Shown in pieces: positions 27,575 through 37,767 of a stretch of DNA of 64,000 nt. A program made the position numbers and the translations under genes. The stretch is from Syntrophales bacterium (GTDB taxonomy: Bacteria > Desulfobacterota > Syntrophia > Syntrophales > UBA2210), in NCBI GenBank assembly GCA_963662405.2, contig CAXXKT010000001.1, forward strand, positions 864,001-928,000. The letters are read 5' to 3'. Numbering within the stretch: the stretch's first letter is position 1; each line of letters starts with the position of its first letter. The notes below the pieces were generated by a model. That model saw only the letters and a program-made list of their open reading frames with translations. It did not search any database and was not told the DNA's origin.

Positions 27575-28900
27575 ATGGTCAGAATACTCTTGATTGGCAA
27601 CGGCGCCCGGGAACATGTCATGGCGGAGACGCTCAAACGCTCGGGTCATGCAACCGAGCTTTTTTCCTGTATGAAAGCCAACAATCCCGGCATTGCATCC
27701 CTTTCGGATGATGTCTTGCCGGGAAACTATAGTGATCGGGAGGGGATCGCACAATTCGCGAAACGGTGCGAGGTCGATTTTGCGATTATCGGCCCGGAGG
27801 ACCCCCTGAATAACGGCATTGTCGATGCCCTCCAGGCGAACGGGATTCCGTCCGTCGGTCCGACCCGGAGTCTGGCGCGGCTGGAGACGTCAAAGACCTT
27901 CACACGAAATCTGCTGGAAACGTATGGTATTCCGGGAAATGCACGTTTTCGAACCTTTTCTTCCATGAATGGAATCGAAGCGTTTGTCGGGAAACTCGAC
28001 GGGGTCGTGATCAAACCGGACGGCCTCACCGGGGGAAAAGGGGTTATGGTCCAGGGCGATCACTTCCAGACAAAGGAGGAGGTCCTCGACCTCTGCCGGC
28101 AGATCCTGGATGACCACCCGTCGGTAATCGTGGAGGAGAAATTCGAAGGGGAAGAATTTTCGCTCCAGTGTCTGTGCGACGGGACGACGGTGGTGGCAAC
28201 CCCGCCGGTTCAGGATCACAAGCGGCGGTTCGTCGGTGACCGGGGGCCGAATACCGGAGGCATGGGATCGTACTCCCTGCAGAATCACTCACTTCCCTTC
28301 CTGAAGGAGGAGGATGTCGCCCAGGGGCTTGCCATTACGCAAAAGGTCGCGGAGGCGATCTATCGGGAAACCGGCGCGTACTACAAGGGGGTCATGTACG
28401 GCGGTTTTATCGTGACGCGGGAGGGGGTCAGACTGCTCGAGTACAATGCCCGGTTCGGCGACCCGGAGGCGATGAATATCCTCCCCCTCCTGAAGACGGA
28501 TTTCGTCGACATCTGCGGGGCCGTCATCGATGGAACGCTGAAAGATATGAAGATCGAGTTTGAGAAAAAGGCCACGGTTTGCAAGTATATCGTCCCCACG
28601 GGGTACGGTCTCCCCGCGGATCATCCGGACGCCCGCTCCACCTCCGCGAAGATCGAAGTCGCGGACACGGGGGAGGCACGGCTCTACTTTTCTTCCGTCG
28701 ACAAGAGGGAGGACGGCCTCTACATGACGACGTCGCGGGCCATCGGCGTCGTGGGGGTTGCCGATACCCTGAACGACGCCGAGCGGGTTGCGGAGGGGGC
28801 AATCGCCGCGATCACGGGGCCGATCGATCACCGGCCCGATATCGGGACAGAGGCACTGATAGAAAAACGAATCCAACATATGAAAGGAATACGGGGATAG
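27575..28900 (+). CDS. purD: Phosphoribosylamine-glycine ligase
   Basis: GNGAREH, GPEDPL, KPDGLTGGKGV, QDHKR, GPNTGGMG, EYNARFGDPE. Confidence 0.96.
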   Translation: MVRILLIGNGAREHVMAETLKRSGHATELFSCMKANNPGIASLSDDVLPGNYSDREGIAQFAKRCEVDFAIIGPEDPLNNGIVDALQANGIPSVGPTRSLARLETSKTFTRNLLETYGIPGNARFRTFSSMNGIEAFVGKLDGVVIKPDGLTGGKGVMVQGDHFQTKEEVLDLCRQILDDHPSVIVEEKFEGEEFSLQCLCDGTTVVATPPVQDHKRRFVGDRGPNTGGMGSYSLQNHSLPFLKEEDVAQGLAITQKVAEAIYRETGAYYKGVMYGGFIVTREGVRLLEYNARFGDPEAMNILPLLKTDFVDICGAVIDGTLKDMKIEFEKKATVCKYIVPTGYGLPADHPDARSTSAKIEVADTGEARLYFSSVDKREDGLYMTTSRAIGVVGVADTLNDAERVAEGAIAAITGPIDHRPDIGTEALIEKRIQHMKGIRG

Positions 28901-28906
28901 GACACC

Positions 28907-30469
28907 ATGAGCAGGATACGAAAGGCACTGATAAGCGTCACGGACAAAACGGGGATTGTTGATTTTGCCCGGGGGTTGAAGGGATTTGAGGTGGAGATAC
29001 TCTCTACGGGGGGGACGGCCGCACAACTGAGGGAGGCTGGAATTGACGTCACCGATGTTTCCGACTACACGGGGTTCCCGGAGATGATGGACGGGAGGCT
29101 GAAGACCCTCCATCCGAAGATCCACGGCGGTCTTCTCGCCCTCCGGGACAATGAGGGGCATATGCAGGCGGCCGGGGAACACAACATCGAGATGATCGAC
29201 ATGGTCGTCATCAATCTCTATCGCTTCGAGGATACGGTCGCGAAAGAGGGGTGCTCGCTGGAAGAGGCCGTCGAGAATATCGATATCGGCGGCCCCACCA
29301 TGCTGCGGGCGGCGGCGAAGAACCACCGCTTTGTCTCCGTGGTGACCGACCCGGCGGATTATCCCCGGATCATCGAGGAGATGAAACAGACAGGGGGAAC
29401 TATCGCCGAGGCGACCAATTTCGCCCTCGCAACGAAAACCTTCCAGCTCACGGCGCGCTATGACGGTGCCATCTCGAATTACCTCGGAACCATGGAAACG
29501 GGGAAGAAGATCAAGAAATTTCCCGACACCTTCACCCTGCAGTTCGACCGGGCACAGGAACTCCGGTACGGGGAAAACCCCCACCAGGACGCGGCGTTTT
29601 ACCGGGCGAAGAACGCCCCTGTTTCTTCCATCTCCATGGCGCGGCAGCTCCACGGCAAGGAATTGTCGTACAACAATATCATGGACAGCGATGCGGCGTG
29701 GCAGATGGCGTGCGATTTCGATATCCCGGCCGCGGTCATCATGAAGCACTCGAATCCCTGCGGCGCGGCCACGTCCGACGGGAGTCTGAAGGATGCGTAC
29801 GTCAAGGCCATGGCGACCGATCCGGTATCGGCCTTCGGGGGAATCGTCAGCTTCAACCGTCCCGTGGACAAGGAGACGGCGGAAGAGCTTGCCAAGACCT
29901 TCCTGGAGGTCATTATCGCCCCCGGCTTCGACCAGGATGCTATCGACATACTGACCGGCAAGAAAAATGTGCGGCTTCTGGAAATCTCGGAACCGGGAAC
30001 GGGTCGGCCGGCTGACCTCGATTTCAGGAGGGTTGTGGGCGGACTCCTCGTCCAGGATCGTGATCCGGGGAGGGACGACATCATGCAGGCAAAGGTGGTG
30101 ACCAAGCGGGCACCTACGGCGGAGGAGTATCAGGGTCTCGATTTCGCCTGGCGGGTGGTCAAGAGCGTCAAGTCCAACGCCATCGTCTTCGCCACGAAGG
30201 ATCAGCTGGTCGGCGTAGGAGCGGGGCAGATGAGTCGGGTGGATTCCGTTACCATCGCAAAGATGAAGGCAAACCTCCCCACAGAGGGGACGGTCCTTGC
30301 CTCCGATGCCTTCTTCCCCTTCAGGGACGGAGTCGATATGGCGGCAAAGGCAGGCGTCACGGCCATCGTACAGCCCGGCGGATCGATCCGTGACGAAGAG
30401 GCGATACAGGCCGCGGATGAGCACGGTATTGCCATGATCTTCACCGGTACACGCCACTTCAGGCACTAG
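28907..30469 (+). CDS. purH: Bifunctional AICAR transformylase/IMP cyclohydrolase
   Basis: [47 protein letters not shown]. Confidence 0.97.
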   Translation: MSRIRKALISVTDKTGIVDFARGLKGFEVEILSTGGTAAQLREAGIDVTDVSDYTGFPEMMDGRLKTLHPKIHGGLLALRDNEGHMQAAGEHNIEMIDMVVINLYRFEDTVAKEGCSLEEAVENIDIGGPTMLRAAAKNHRFVSVVTDPADYPRIIEEMKQTGGTIAEATNFALATKTFQLTARYDGAISNYLGTMETGKKIKKFPDTFTLQFDRAQELRYGENPHQDAAFYRAKNAPVSSISMARQLHGKELSYNNIMDSDAAWQMACDFDIPAAVIMKHSNPCGAATSDGSLKDAYVKAMATDPVSAFGGIVSFNRPVDKETAEELAKTFLEVIIAPGFDQDAIDILTGKKNVRLLEISEPGTGRPADLDFRRVVGGLLVQDRDPGRDDIMQAKVVTKRAPTAEEYQGLDFAWRVVKSVKSNAIVFATKDQLVGVGAGQMSRVDSVTIAKMKANLPTEGTVLASDAFFPFRDGVDMAAKAGVTAIVQPGGSIRDEEAIQAADEHGIAMIFTGTRHFRH

Positions 30470-30519
30470 CGCGCACTGAAAGCAGCCGGTCGGACAATCT
30501 CGAAAAGGGAGCAAACGAA

Positions 30520-31017
30520 ATGAAAGAGAAAGCCCTGGTCAGTATCGTCATGGGGAGTGATTCCGACCTCTCCGTTATGGAGAAGGCGGCAACCGTTCTC
30601 GGGGAGTTTGATATCTCCCATGAATGGTTCCTGACATCCGCTCACCGCTCACCGGAGCGGACGACGCGATTTGCTGCCCAGGCCGCCGAGCGTGGCATCA
30701 AGGTCATTATCGTGGGGGCGGGGATGGCGGCGCACCTCGCCGGTGTTATCGCGTCACAGACACCCCTGCCCGTCATCGGTGTCCCGCTCGATTCATCCGC
30801 CTCTTCCCTGGGTGGGTTCGACGCGCTTCTCTCAACGGTTCAGATGCCGGGAGGAATCCCCGTGGCCACCATGGCAATCGGGGAGGCGGGGGCAAAAAAC
30901 GCCGCCCTGATGGCGATTCGGATCCTTGCCCTGAGTGATGAGAATCTCCTTAAAGAGTTGGGTGCCTATACGAAGAAGATGGCCGATACGGTCGAAAGAA
31001 AACAGCAGGAGCTGTAA
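30520..31017 (+). CDS. purE: N5-CAIR mutase
   Basis: MGSDSD, SAHRSP, AGMAAHL, VQMPGGIPVAT. Confidence 0.97.
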   Translation: MKEKALVSIVMGSDSDLSVMEKAATVLGEFDISHEWFLTSAHRSPERTTRFAAQAAERGIKVIIVGAGMAAHLAGVIASQTPLPVIGVPLDSSASSLGGFDALLSTVQMPGGIPVATMAIGEAGAKNAALMAIRILALSDENLLKELGAYTKKMADTVERKQQEL

Positions 31018-31046
31018 CTTCCTGTCCGCATGCATGGCGGCACGCT

Positions 31047-31685
31047 ATGACCCTTGTTATCACACCAGATCCGGACGGATCATCAATCGTGACGGCGGTG
31101 AGAATCGTCGCGAGGGGAGGGGTTATCGCCTATCCCACCGAGACCTTTTACGGCCTGGGGGCGGACATCCGAAACGACCAAGCCGTGGAGAGACTCTATG
31201 CCATCAAGGGAAGGAGCTTCGATAAGCCCATCTCCATCATCATCGGGAGCCACGACGATCTGCCGCGTTTTGCAGAGACGATCACCCCTTCGGCTGAGAT
31301 TCTCATGAAACAGTTCTGGCCGGGGGGGGTCACCCTGCTCTTTCAGGCATCCCCGGCTATCCCCAAGAGATTAACGGCGGGGACCGGGAAGGTCGGCATC
31401 CGCCTGTCCAGTGATCCGGTCGCTACAATCCTTGCCAAAAATCTGGCCGGTGCCATTACCACCACGAGCGCCAACCGGTCCGGAGAAAGAGAATGCGCCT
31501 CGGCCCGAGAGGTCATCGAGAATATTGGAGGAGAGGTGGATGCGGTGCTTGACTGGGGAAGGACACCGGGAGGGGCGGGGTCCACCATCGTCGATACCAC
31601 TATTGACCCGCCGGTGATCATCCGGGAAGGCATCGTACCATCGGCGGAGATATCCCGATGGATCGGGATCGTCCGGGGATCATAG
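31047..31685 (+). CDS. tsaC: L-threonylcarbamoyladenylate synthase (YrdC/Sua5 family)
   Basis: YPTETFYGL, IKGR, FWPG, TSANRSG, STIVD. Confidence 0.93.
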   Translation: MTLVITPDPDGSSIVTAVRIVARGGVIAYPTETFYGLGADIRNDQAVERLYAIKGRSFDKPISIIIGSHDDLPRFAETITPSAEILMKQFWPGGVTLLFQASPAIPKRLTAGTGKVGIRLSSDPVATILAKNLAGAITTTSANRSGERECASAREVIENIGGEVDAVLDWGRTPGGAGSTIVDTTIDPPVIIREGIVPSAEISRWIGIVRGS

Positions 31686-31711
31686 CAAAACGATAGACCG
31701 GTAATGTATCT

Positions 31712-32710
31712 TTATCCCCGACAGACCTGCGCAAAGGCGGTGAGATTCTTTTCTTCCCCCAGGGCAATCAGCTTATCTCCCGATTGAATGACGTATGACG
31801 CTACCGGATTAAACACCATCTGTCCAGTCTCCTTCATGATGGCGACCACGATCAGACCGTATCTCTTTCGCAGGTCCGATGCCTCCAAGGTCTTACCGAC
31901 AACCGGTGCCGTCTCATGGATATAGAGTTCTTCCATCCGGAGCTCGAGACTCTGGCGTCCTGTGGTAATCTCGATGAAATCCAGCATAGCGGGTCGCAGG
32001 ATCGCCTGCGACATCCGCATGCCCCCCACCATGTACGGCGATATGACCCGGTCAGCCCCCGCCTTGATCAACCTGCGTTCCGAGGCGTTATCCTCGAACC
32101 GGGACAAGACAAAGACATCAGGATTCAGCTCTTTGGCGGTCAGGACAACATAGAGATTGTCGGCGTCCGTCGGAAGCGCGCATACCACCCCTTTGGCCCG
32201 CTGGATTCCGGCCCTCAGGAGGGTGTTGTCATCGGTCGCGCTTCCGTTGACATACACAAAGCCGTCTTCCTCGATCCTCTCTACCACCTTCGGCCGATTG
32301 TCCACGACGACAAAGTCAACTGCTTCATGGGCCAACTCCCGACAGACAAACCCGCCGATTTTTCCGTAACCGCATACGATATAATGGTCGTGCATATTCC
32401 GTATCCGCTTTTCCAATTTACCCCTCCCCAATATCCGCTGCAATCGACCCTCCATGAAGGTCTCCATGACCACGGCAAAGGTATATGCCATCGTTCCCAC
32501 ACCGAACACGATCAGAAAAATCGCAAAGGACTTTCCCGCCGGCGTGACGGGATAGAAATCACCGAAACCGACCGTGCCGAGGGTGACGATCGTCGCGTAG
32601 AATGAATCTCCCCAAGACCATCCTTCAAGAAGGTGGTATCCCGCCATTCCCGAAATGATCGTTAAGATGAGGAACGAGAACGCAATCTTGAGTTTCAGCG
32701 TCGATAGCAC
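31712..32710 (-). CDS. Potassium channel protein with TrkA-N/TrkA-C domains
   Basis: TVGFGD filter, CGYGKIG Rossmann motif, C-terminal RCK domain. Confidence 0.92.
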   Translation of the reverse strand: MLSTLKLKIAFSFLILTIISGMAGYHLLEGWSWGDSFYATIVTLGTVGFGDFYPVTPAGKSFAIFLIVFGVGTMAYTFAVVMETFMEGRLQRILGRGKLEKRIRNMHDHYIVCGYGKIGGFVCRELAHEAVDFVVVDNRPKVVERIEEDGFVYVNGSATDDNTLLRAGIQRAKGVVCALPTDADNLYVVLTAKELNPDVFVLSRFEDNASERRLIKAGADRVISPYMVGGMRMSQAILRPAMLDFIEITTGRQSLELRMEELYIHETAPVVGKTLEASDLRKRYGLIVVAIMKETGQMVFNPVASYVIQSGDKLIALGEEKNLTAFAQVCRG

Positions 32711-32756
32711 GGGGGGCCCTCCCCTTCAGCCAATGATACCCGGTGGTAGACTCAGA

Positions 32757-34379
32757 CTAATCGCCTTGAGAGGCCTCAATGCCTATCAACTCGACAACCA
32801 GCTCACTCGCCTCCTCATCAGGCATGGTGAAGACCAGCATGAAGGGGATCACTTCATCCGGTTTGATAGCTGCGTTGCGATAATCTCGCCCATAAGGATG
32901 GGAGAGTTCTTTTTTGATTTCGTCGTTGGTCATGCCCTTCAATTCATCATCGGTGAGGATCGTTCCGCAGCTGGCCTCTTCTTTGGCAATCACAGCTCCG
33001 GTTGAATCCAGAATTTTACCCTGGACGCGTATGCTGGAAACCGGAACGGTGTTGGTATTCACGGCCGAACCTTCAACAACCATGATGGTCTGGTTGGTCC
33101 ACCCCTTGACGAACCGCTCCGCCACGTCTTTAAGAATGACCGTCAATTCGAGGGGTGTGCCCTGGGCGGCGTTTTGCTTTTCCGACTTCGACGTGCCGGG
33201 TGAAACGGCGGGGAGGACATCTTTTGCCTTTTCTGCACTTTCTTTGCCCAAGAGCTGTTCTATCGGTGCAAAAAGCCTCTTCGAAACCGACTCCCGCGCC
33301 TCAGGGAACACCCAGAGATATGCGCACGCCAACAGCAGGGCGATCAGTATAAAAATCAGCCCTATCTTTCTGACAAGGTGCCATCCCCTTCCGTGCCCTG
33401 TTTCCTTCGCGGTCCTCTCGTTGTACAGATCGTCGCCTACATCACCGAAGGTCCATGGTTCTTGTACCCGTTCTCCTCGGTCGGTTTTCTCACCGTCTGT
33501 TTCTTCACTATACTCTTCTTCTGAGCCTTCTTCCCATGGAAGATCGTGCTCGGCGGCACCTGTTTGGTCTTCGTCTCCGACAGGGTCTTTATCCTCCAAC
33601 GAATCGTACGCTTCTCGGTCAACCCCCAGCCTTTCACCGGTGTCTCGGGAGTCATGCCCTTCAATATCCTCGACCTCTCGGCAGGCATCTTCCCAGCTGG
33701 GCCCTTGTTCCAGACCCTTCGTTTCGATTTCGCCAAGGATATCATCTGACTCGCTACTTTTTTCGATTGCGATGCCTTCATCGGTCTCCTGGAAGGCCTC
33801 GTCCCAGCCGGGTTCCTGCGCGTCTGTCCCGACCGCGGGTTCTTTCGCCTCTGCATCCCCACCGGTCTCCCCGAAGGCATCGTCCCAGCCAGGTTCCTGC
33901 GCGTCTGTCCCGACCGCGGGTTCTTTCGCCTCTGCATCCCCACCGGTCTCCCCGAAGGCATCATCCCAGCCAGGCTCCTGCGCGTCTGTCCCGACCGCGG
34001 GTTCTTTCGCCTCTGCGTCCCCACCGGTCTCCCCGAAGGCATCATCCCAGCCAGGCTCCTGCGCGTCTGTCCCGACCGCGGGTTCTTTCGCCTCTGCATC
34101 CCCACCGGTCTCCCCGAAGGCGTCGTCCCATGAGGGCTCCTGATCGGCTTCTTCGCGGGCCTCTGTCGTAGCGGGGATGTCGCTTCTTTCTCCCGTTACC
34201 TCGTCCGGGGGTTCCTCTTCCTGTCCCATCAGATCCATCAGCGACGAGATTTCCATTGACGGATTTTTCTGAAAGAAGACCGTTTCGCAGTTGCGGCACC
34301 TAACCCATATCCCCTTGCCGGTTATTTTCTCCTTATTAAACCGGTATCTCGTCCCGCATTTTCTACATTGAATAATCAC
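32757..34379 (-). CDS. MJ0042-type zinc-ribbon protein with acidic repeat linker, TM segment and DUF3426-like domain
   Basis: MIIQCRKCGTRY...VRCRNCETVF; TM segment; C-terminal PDEVIPFMLVF. Confidence 0.88.
   Translation of the reverse strand: MIIQCRKCGTRYRFNKEKITGKGIWVRCRNCETVFFQKNPSMEISSLMDLMGQEEEPPDEVTGERSDIPATTEAREEADQEPSWDDAFGETGGDAEAKEPAVGTDAQEPGWDDAFGETGGDAEAKEPAVGTDAQEPGWDDAFGETGGDAEAKEPAVGTDAQEPGWDDAFGETGGDAEAKEPAVGTDAQEPGWDEAFQETDEGIAIEKSSESDDILGEIETKGLEQGPSWEDACREVEDIEGHDSRDTGERLGVDREAYDSLEDKDPVGDEDQTGAAEHDLPWEEGSEEEYSEETDGEKTDRGERVQEPWTFGDVGDDLYNERTAKETGHGRGWHLVRKIGLIFILIALLLACAYLWVFPEARESVSKRLFAPIEQLLGKESAEKAKDVLPAVSPGTSKSEKQNAAQGTPLELTVILKDVAERFVKGWTNQTIMVVEGSAVNTNTVPVSSIRVQGKILDSTGAVIAKEEASCGTILTDDELKGMTNDEIKKELSHPYGRDYRNAAIKPDEVIPFMLVFTMPDEEASELVVELIGIEASQGD
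33791..34141. repeat. 81-bp (27-aa) coding tandem repeat, about 4.3 copies
   Basis: TCCCA anchors at 33802, 33883, 33964, 34045, 34126; unit EPGWDDAFGETGGDAEAKEPAVGTDAQ. Confidence 0.95.
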
Positions 34380-34902
34380 CGTTTCCCTCCTTGATCACGT
34401 AAATGTCCGGCGAACACCTGAACTTTTCATCGAAATCAAGCCCGTATCCGACAAGGAACCCCTCATCCAATGCAAACCCCACATAGTCAACGACAAGCGT
34501 CCGTTCCCTTCTTTCTTTTTTGTCTATCAGGGTACATATCTGTACAGAGGCTGGATTTCGTCCCTTCAGTCGCTCTTGCAGAAACGCCATTGACTCTCCG
34601 GTATCGATGATATCTTCCACAATCACCACGGCCTTTCCGGCTATATCCGTTTCTAGGTCCTTTGACACGGTTATTTTCCCTGAACTGACCGTTCCGGAGC
34701 CATAGCTTGCCAACCGTACAAAATCGACCGTGTGCGGGATCTTCAGACACCTCGCCAAGTCCGCCAGGAAGATAAAGGCGCCCTTGAGCACGCCGACCAG
34801 CACGACATCCTTCCCCGCGAGGTCGCGGGAGATTCTCTCGGCCAGTTCTTGCACCCGTCCGGTAATTACCTCTCTTGAATACAGGAGCTTTTTCTCTTCC
34901 AC
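34363..34902 (-). CDS. hpt: Hypoxanthine phosphoribosyltransferase
   Basis: GVLKGAFIFLADL, VEDIIDTG, FLVGYGLD. Confidence 0.95.
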   Translation of the reverse strand: MEEKKLLYSREVITGRVQELAERISRDLAGKDVVLVGVLKGAFIFLADLARCLKIPHTVDFVRLASYGSGTVSSGKITVSKDLETDIAGKAVVIVEDIIDTGESMAFLQERLKGRNPASVQICTLIDKKERRERTLVVDYVGFALDEGFLVGYGLDFDEKFRCSPDIYVIKEGNGDYSM

Positions 34903-34945
34903 AATATCCCCTTCTTGTTCAATAAAGATATGATATACACCCTTC

Positions 34946-35773
34946 TCAGAGAGTTTCCCCTGTGTAACAGGCGATAAATGCCTCGATCTTGTCCTGAATA
35001 ATCTCTTCCCCTCTTCTGAGTTCCTCGAGGGTCTCGAACCGTGAGGTGAGACTCAGAAATATCTTGTCGAATCTCGATCGTGCGCAGCCGAGGGCATCAT
35101 AATCAATGTGACTGATCATGTACTGTGAGCCGTCAAAGTAATATTTCCCGAAGCGGTTCGCGTCCGGGGACCGGAAAGGCCAGGAGATTTTCAATGAAAA
35201 AAAGTCGAGGGCGATTGCTTTGAGTGTACCCCGTATCCGCTCCGGGCGCACCGCCTCGTAGATCCCTTCACCGATAAAGCGGAAATACTCTTTGACCAGA
35301 TCGATATCGGTAATGCACAGGCCATACAGGTACCAGTCGTCAATAATCCTGATCAGGGCCTGCTTCTCCTCGCGGGAGATAAAGTGATAGCTGGGGCAGA
35401 AATGCCCATCACACAACTCCACTCCGTAGAATGACACGTCACGCATGTCCACCCCGCTGTTTTGAAGAGGATGGAGGAGACATCCCACCCTCCTCTCATC
35501 ATCATCGAGAAATCCCAGGTATTCACAGCAGTATATCACCTCGTAGAGCCGCTCACTCGGTTCCCCCCCTTTGACCCTATCCGAAAATCGTTTGAGATCG
35601 GCAGGAGAACCGACCATTTCGTGAAACAGCCTCGTCCGTTCCCTCAGTTTCGCGGTCAGTGCTTCCCGCGAACTGTCGGCATAGTTATAAAGGCCGCAAC
35701 AGGCTCCACAAGATTTATCGGTATCCGGCTGACAGAGGTGTATGAGGTCTTCTCCCTTCATAAAACGATCCAT
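34946..35773 (-). CDS. Cys-rich hypothetical protein (putative Zn/Fe-S cluster)
   Basis: CGACCGLYN, CCEYLGF, GCLLHP, CDGHFCPS motifs. Confidence 0.75.
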   Translation of the reverse strand: MDRFMKGEDLIHLCQPDTDKSCGACCGLYNYADSSREALTAKLRERTRLFHEMVGSPADLKRFSDRVKGGEPSERLYEVIYCCEYLGFLDDDERRVGCLLHPLQNSGVDMRDVSFYGVELCDGHFCPSYHFISREEKQALIRIIDDWYLYGLCITDIDLVKEYFRFIGEGIYEAVRPERIRGTLKAIALDFFSLKISWPFRSPDANRFGKYYFDGSQYMISHIDYDALGCARSRFDKIFLSLTSRFETLEELRRGEEIIQDKIEAFIACYTGETL

Positions 35774-35973
35774 GCTATCCTTCCCGATCGATTTTCTTTA
35801 TATAGTCAAGCAGCCTCAAAAGGCAAGGATATTATGGTTGTAATCAGGAGCAAAACAGTATAGGTAGACTCGGTAGAAGGATCTTTACGAGATTCGAACG
35901 AGGAATGATACTGCCCTCTACACGCGAATCTCCTCTGGGTATTTCAAAACGAAACGGTAACAGGAAGGTCACC

Positions 35974-37425
35974 ATGGATACAGGTAATCACCACATACGG
36001 GTTCGATTTGCCCCCAGTCCGACAGGATACCTCCATGTCGGCGGGCTGAGAACGGCTCTGTTCAACTATCTTTTTGCACGCAAAGGGGGAGGGAAATTTA
36101 TTCTCCGTATTGAAGATACGGACCAGAAACGGTCCATTCCCGATGCCCTCGAAAATCTTATCTCCACGCTGACGCGAGCCGGGCTCCAACACGACGAAGG
36201 GCCCGATGTAGGGGGAGAATACGGACCGTACATCCAGTCACAACGAGTTGAAATCTATCAGGAACATATCCGGAAACTCCTGGATGCCGGGCATGCCTAC
36301 TACTGTTTCTGCGACGAGGAACGCCTGGAAAAACTCAGAGACGAACAGCGGAAGAGAAAGCGGCCGCCCATGTACGACGGTCGATGCAGGAACCTATCGA
36401 AAGAAGATGTCGCCGACAAACTCGCACGGGGGGTGCCCTTTGTCATCCGCCTGCGTTATCCCCAGGAGGGAAAGACCGTTTTCGACGATATCGTACGCAA
36501 CCGGGTCGCAATCGATAACTCCCAGGTCGATGATCAAGTCCTGATCAAGTCCGATGGTTTTCCCACCTACCATTTTGCGAGCGTCGTGGACGATCACCTG
36601 ATGAAGATTAGCCACGTCATACGCGGTGAGGAATGGCTCTCCAGCGTGCCGAAGCACATCTTTCTGTACAAAGCCTTCGGGTGGGAGGTCCCCGTTTTTG
36701 TGCATCTCCCCCTGCTTCTCAATACCGACCGGAGCAAGCTGAGCAAACGCCAGGGTGATGTCTCCGTCGAGAGTTACCTCGAAAAGGGGTATCTTACCGA
36801 GGCGCTGCTCAACTTTATCGCCCTTCTCGGTTGGCATTCGGCGGATGACCGGGAGATTTACTCCCTACAAGAGCTGGAAGAGGTCTTTTCCCTGGAGAGA
36901 ATAAACAAAGCCGGGGCCGTTTTCGATATGGAGAAGCTCAACTGGATGGGGGGATACTACATCCGGCACCTCGACGTTCCCTATATCGCCGACCAGGCGA
37001 GACGTTTCTTCGAAGAGGCCGGAATCGATATCAGCGATACCGAAAAGTATCTGAAGGTCATCGCCACCGCCCGCGATTATGTCTCCTGCCTTTCGATGAT
37101 CGTGGAACATGCCCGCATGTTCTACGATACGCTGACCGTCTCGGAAGAGGACAAGGAACTCCTCGAAAAGGAAGATTCGCAACGTATCATCGCATACTGG
37201 GTCGAGGCGCTCGGTCGAAGGGAGAAATGGACGCCGGATGATGTGTCGGCCCTTGTCAAGAAGGCCATCGGCGAGCTGGGCGTCAAGGGAAAGGGCTTCT
37301 ATTTCCCTCTCCGTCTCGCTCTTTTCGGAAACTGTCATGGGCCCGACATCCCAACACTGATTGATATCCTCGGGAGGGAGGAGTCCGTCGAGCGGCTGAC
37401 CCGGGCCATGCAACTCGAGCGGTAG
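35974..37425 (+). CDS. gltX: Glutamate--tRNA ligase
   Basis: RFAPSPTGYLHVGG, LRIEDTD, KLSKR. Confidence 0.97.
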   Translation: MDTGNHHIRVRFAPSPTGYLHVGGLRTALFNYLFARKGGGKFILRIEDTDQKRSIPDALENLISTLTRAGLQHDEGPDVGGEYGPYIQSQRVEIYQEHIRKLLDAGHAYYCFCDEERLEKLRDEQRKRKRPPMYDGRCRNLSKEDVADKLARGVPFVIRLRYPQEGKTVFDDIVRNRVAIDNSQVDDQVLIKSDGFPTYHFASVVDDHLMKISHVIRGEEWLSSVPKHIFLYKAFGWEVPVFVHLPLLLNTDRSKLSKRQGDVSVESYLEKGYLTEALLNFIALLGWHSADDREIYSLQELEEVFSLERINKAGAVFDMEKLNWMGGYYIRHLDVPYIADQARRFFEEAGIDISDTEKYLKVIATARDYVSCLSMIVEHARMFYDTLTVSEEDKELLEKEDSQRIIAYWVEALGRREKWTPDDVSALVKKAIGELGVKGKGFYFPLRLALFGNCHGPDIPTLIDILGREESVERLTRAMQLER

Positions 37426-37767
37426 GAGACCCTTATCTACTCTACCCCTCTCCGGTCTTTCCTTGCCAGGCGGCATAGATTGCAAGGGCGATGATGCCAG
37501 CTCTCGTAGATATGCCGATCCTTTCCATGGCCATGATCCCATAGGACACATCACCGCCCCCGATGGGCATGGGGATGATGAGGAGGGTACGCGCTCATGG
37601 CCTGTTCCTCTGTCTCGCCTCGGGCGGCAGCCTCCCAAAGGTTTCCTGTATGATTCCCGTGCCATGGCATAATGGATTGACTGCTCATCTCACGGAGAGA
37701 AGAGAAAAATGGAGGCGGCGGATCATCGGTTGAACGATGGTCCGCCGGCCTTCCACAATCACACGAG

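Noticed and set aside
28289..30514. Long antisense ORFs (also 1769-3127, 11091-12407, 19632-20810, 22216-23409, 37885-39300, 49034-50743, 53531-55408, 59755-61020)
   Set aside because: Shadow or alternative frames of well-supported genes in GC-rich DNA, with no recognisable motifs.
33791..34141. CRISPR array
   Set aside because: Units are contiguous with no unique spacers, in frame within a CDS, and no cas genes are present.
37529..37602. GGCCATGA/TCATGGCC inverted repeat between gltX and gdhA
   Set aside because: An 8-bp stem with a weak interior and no promoter evidence; compatible with chance.
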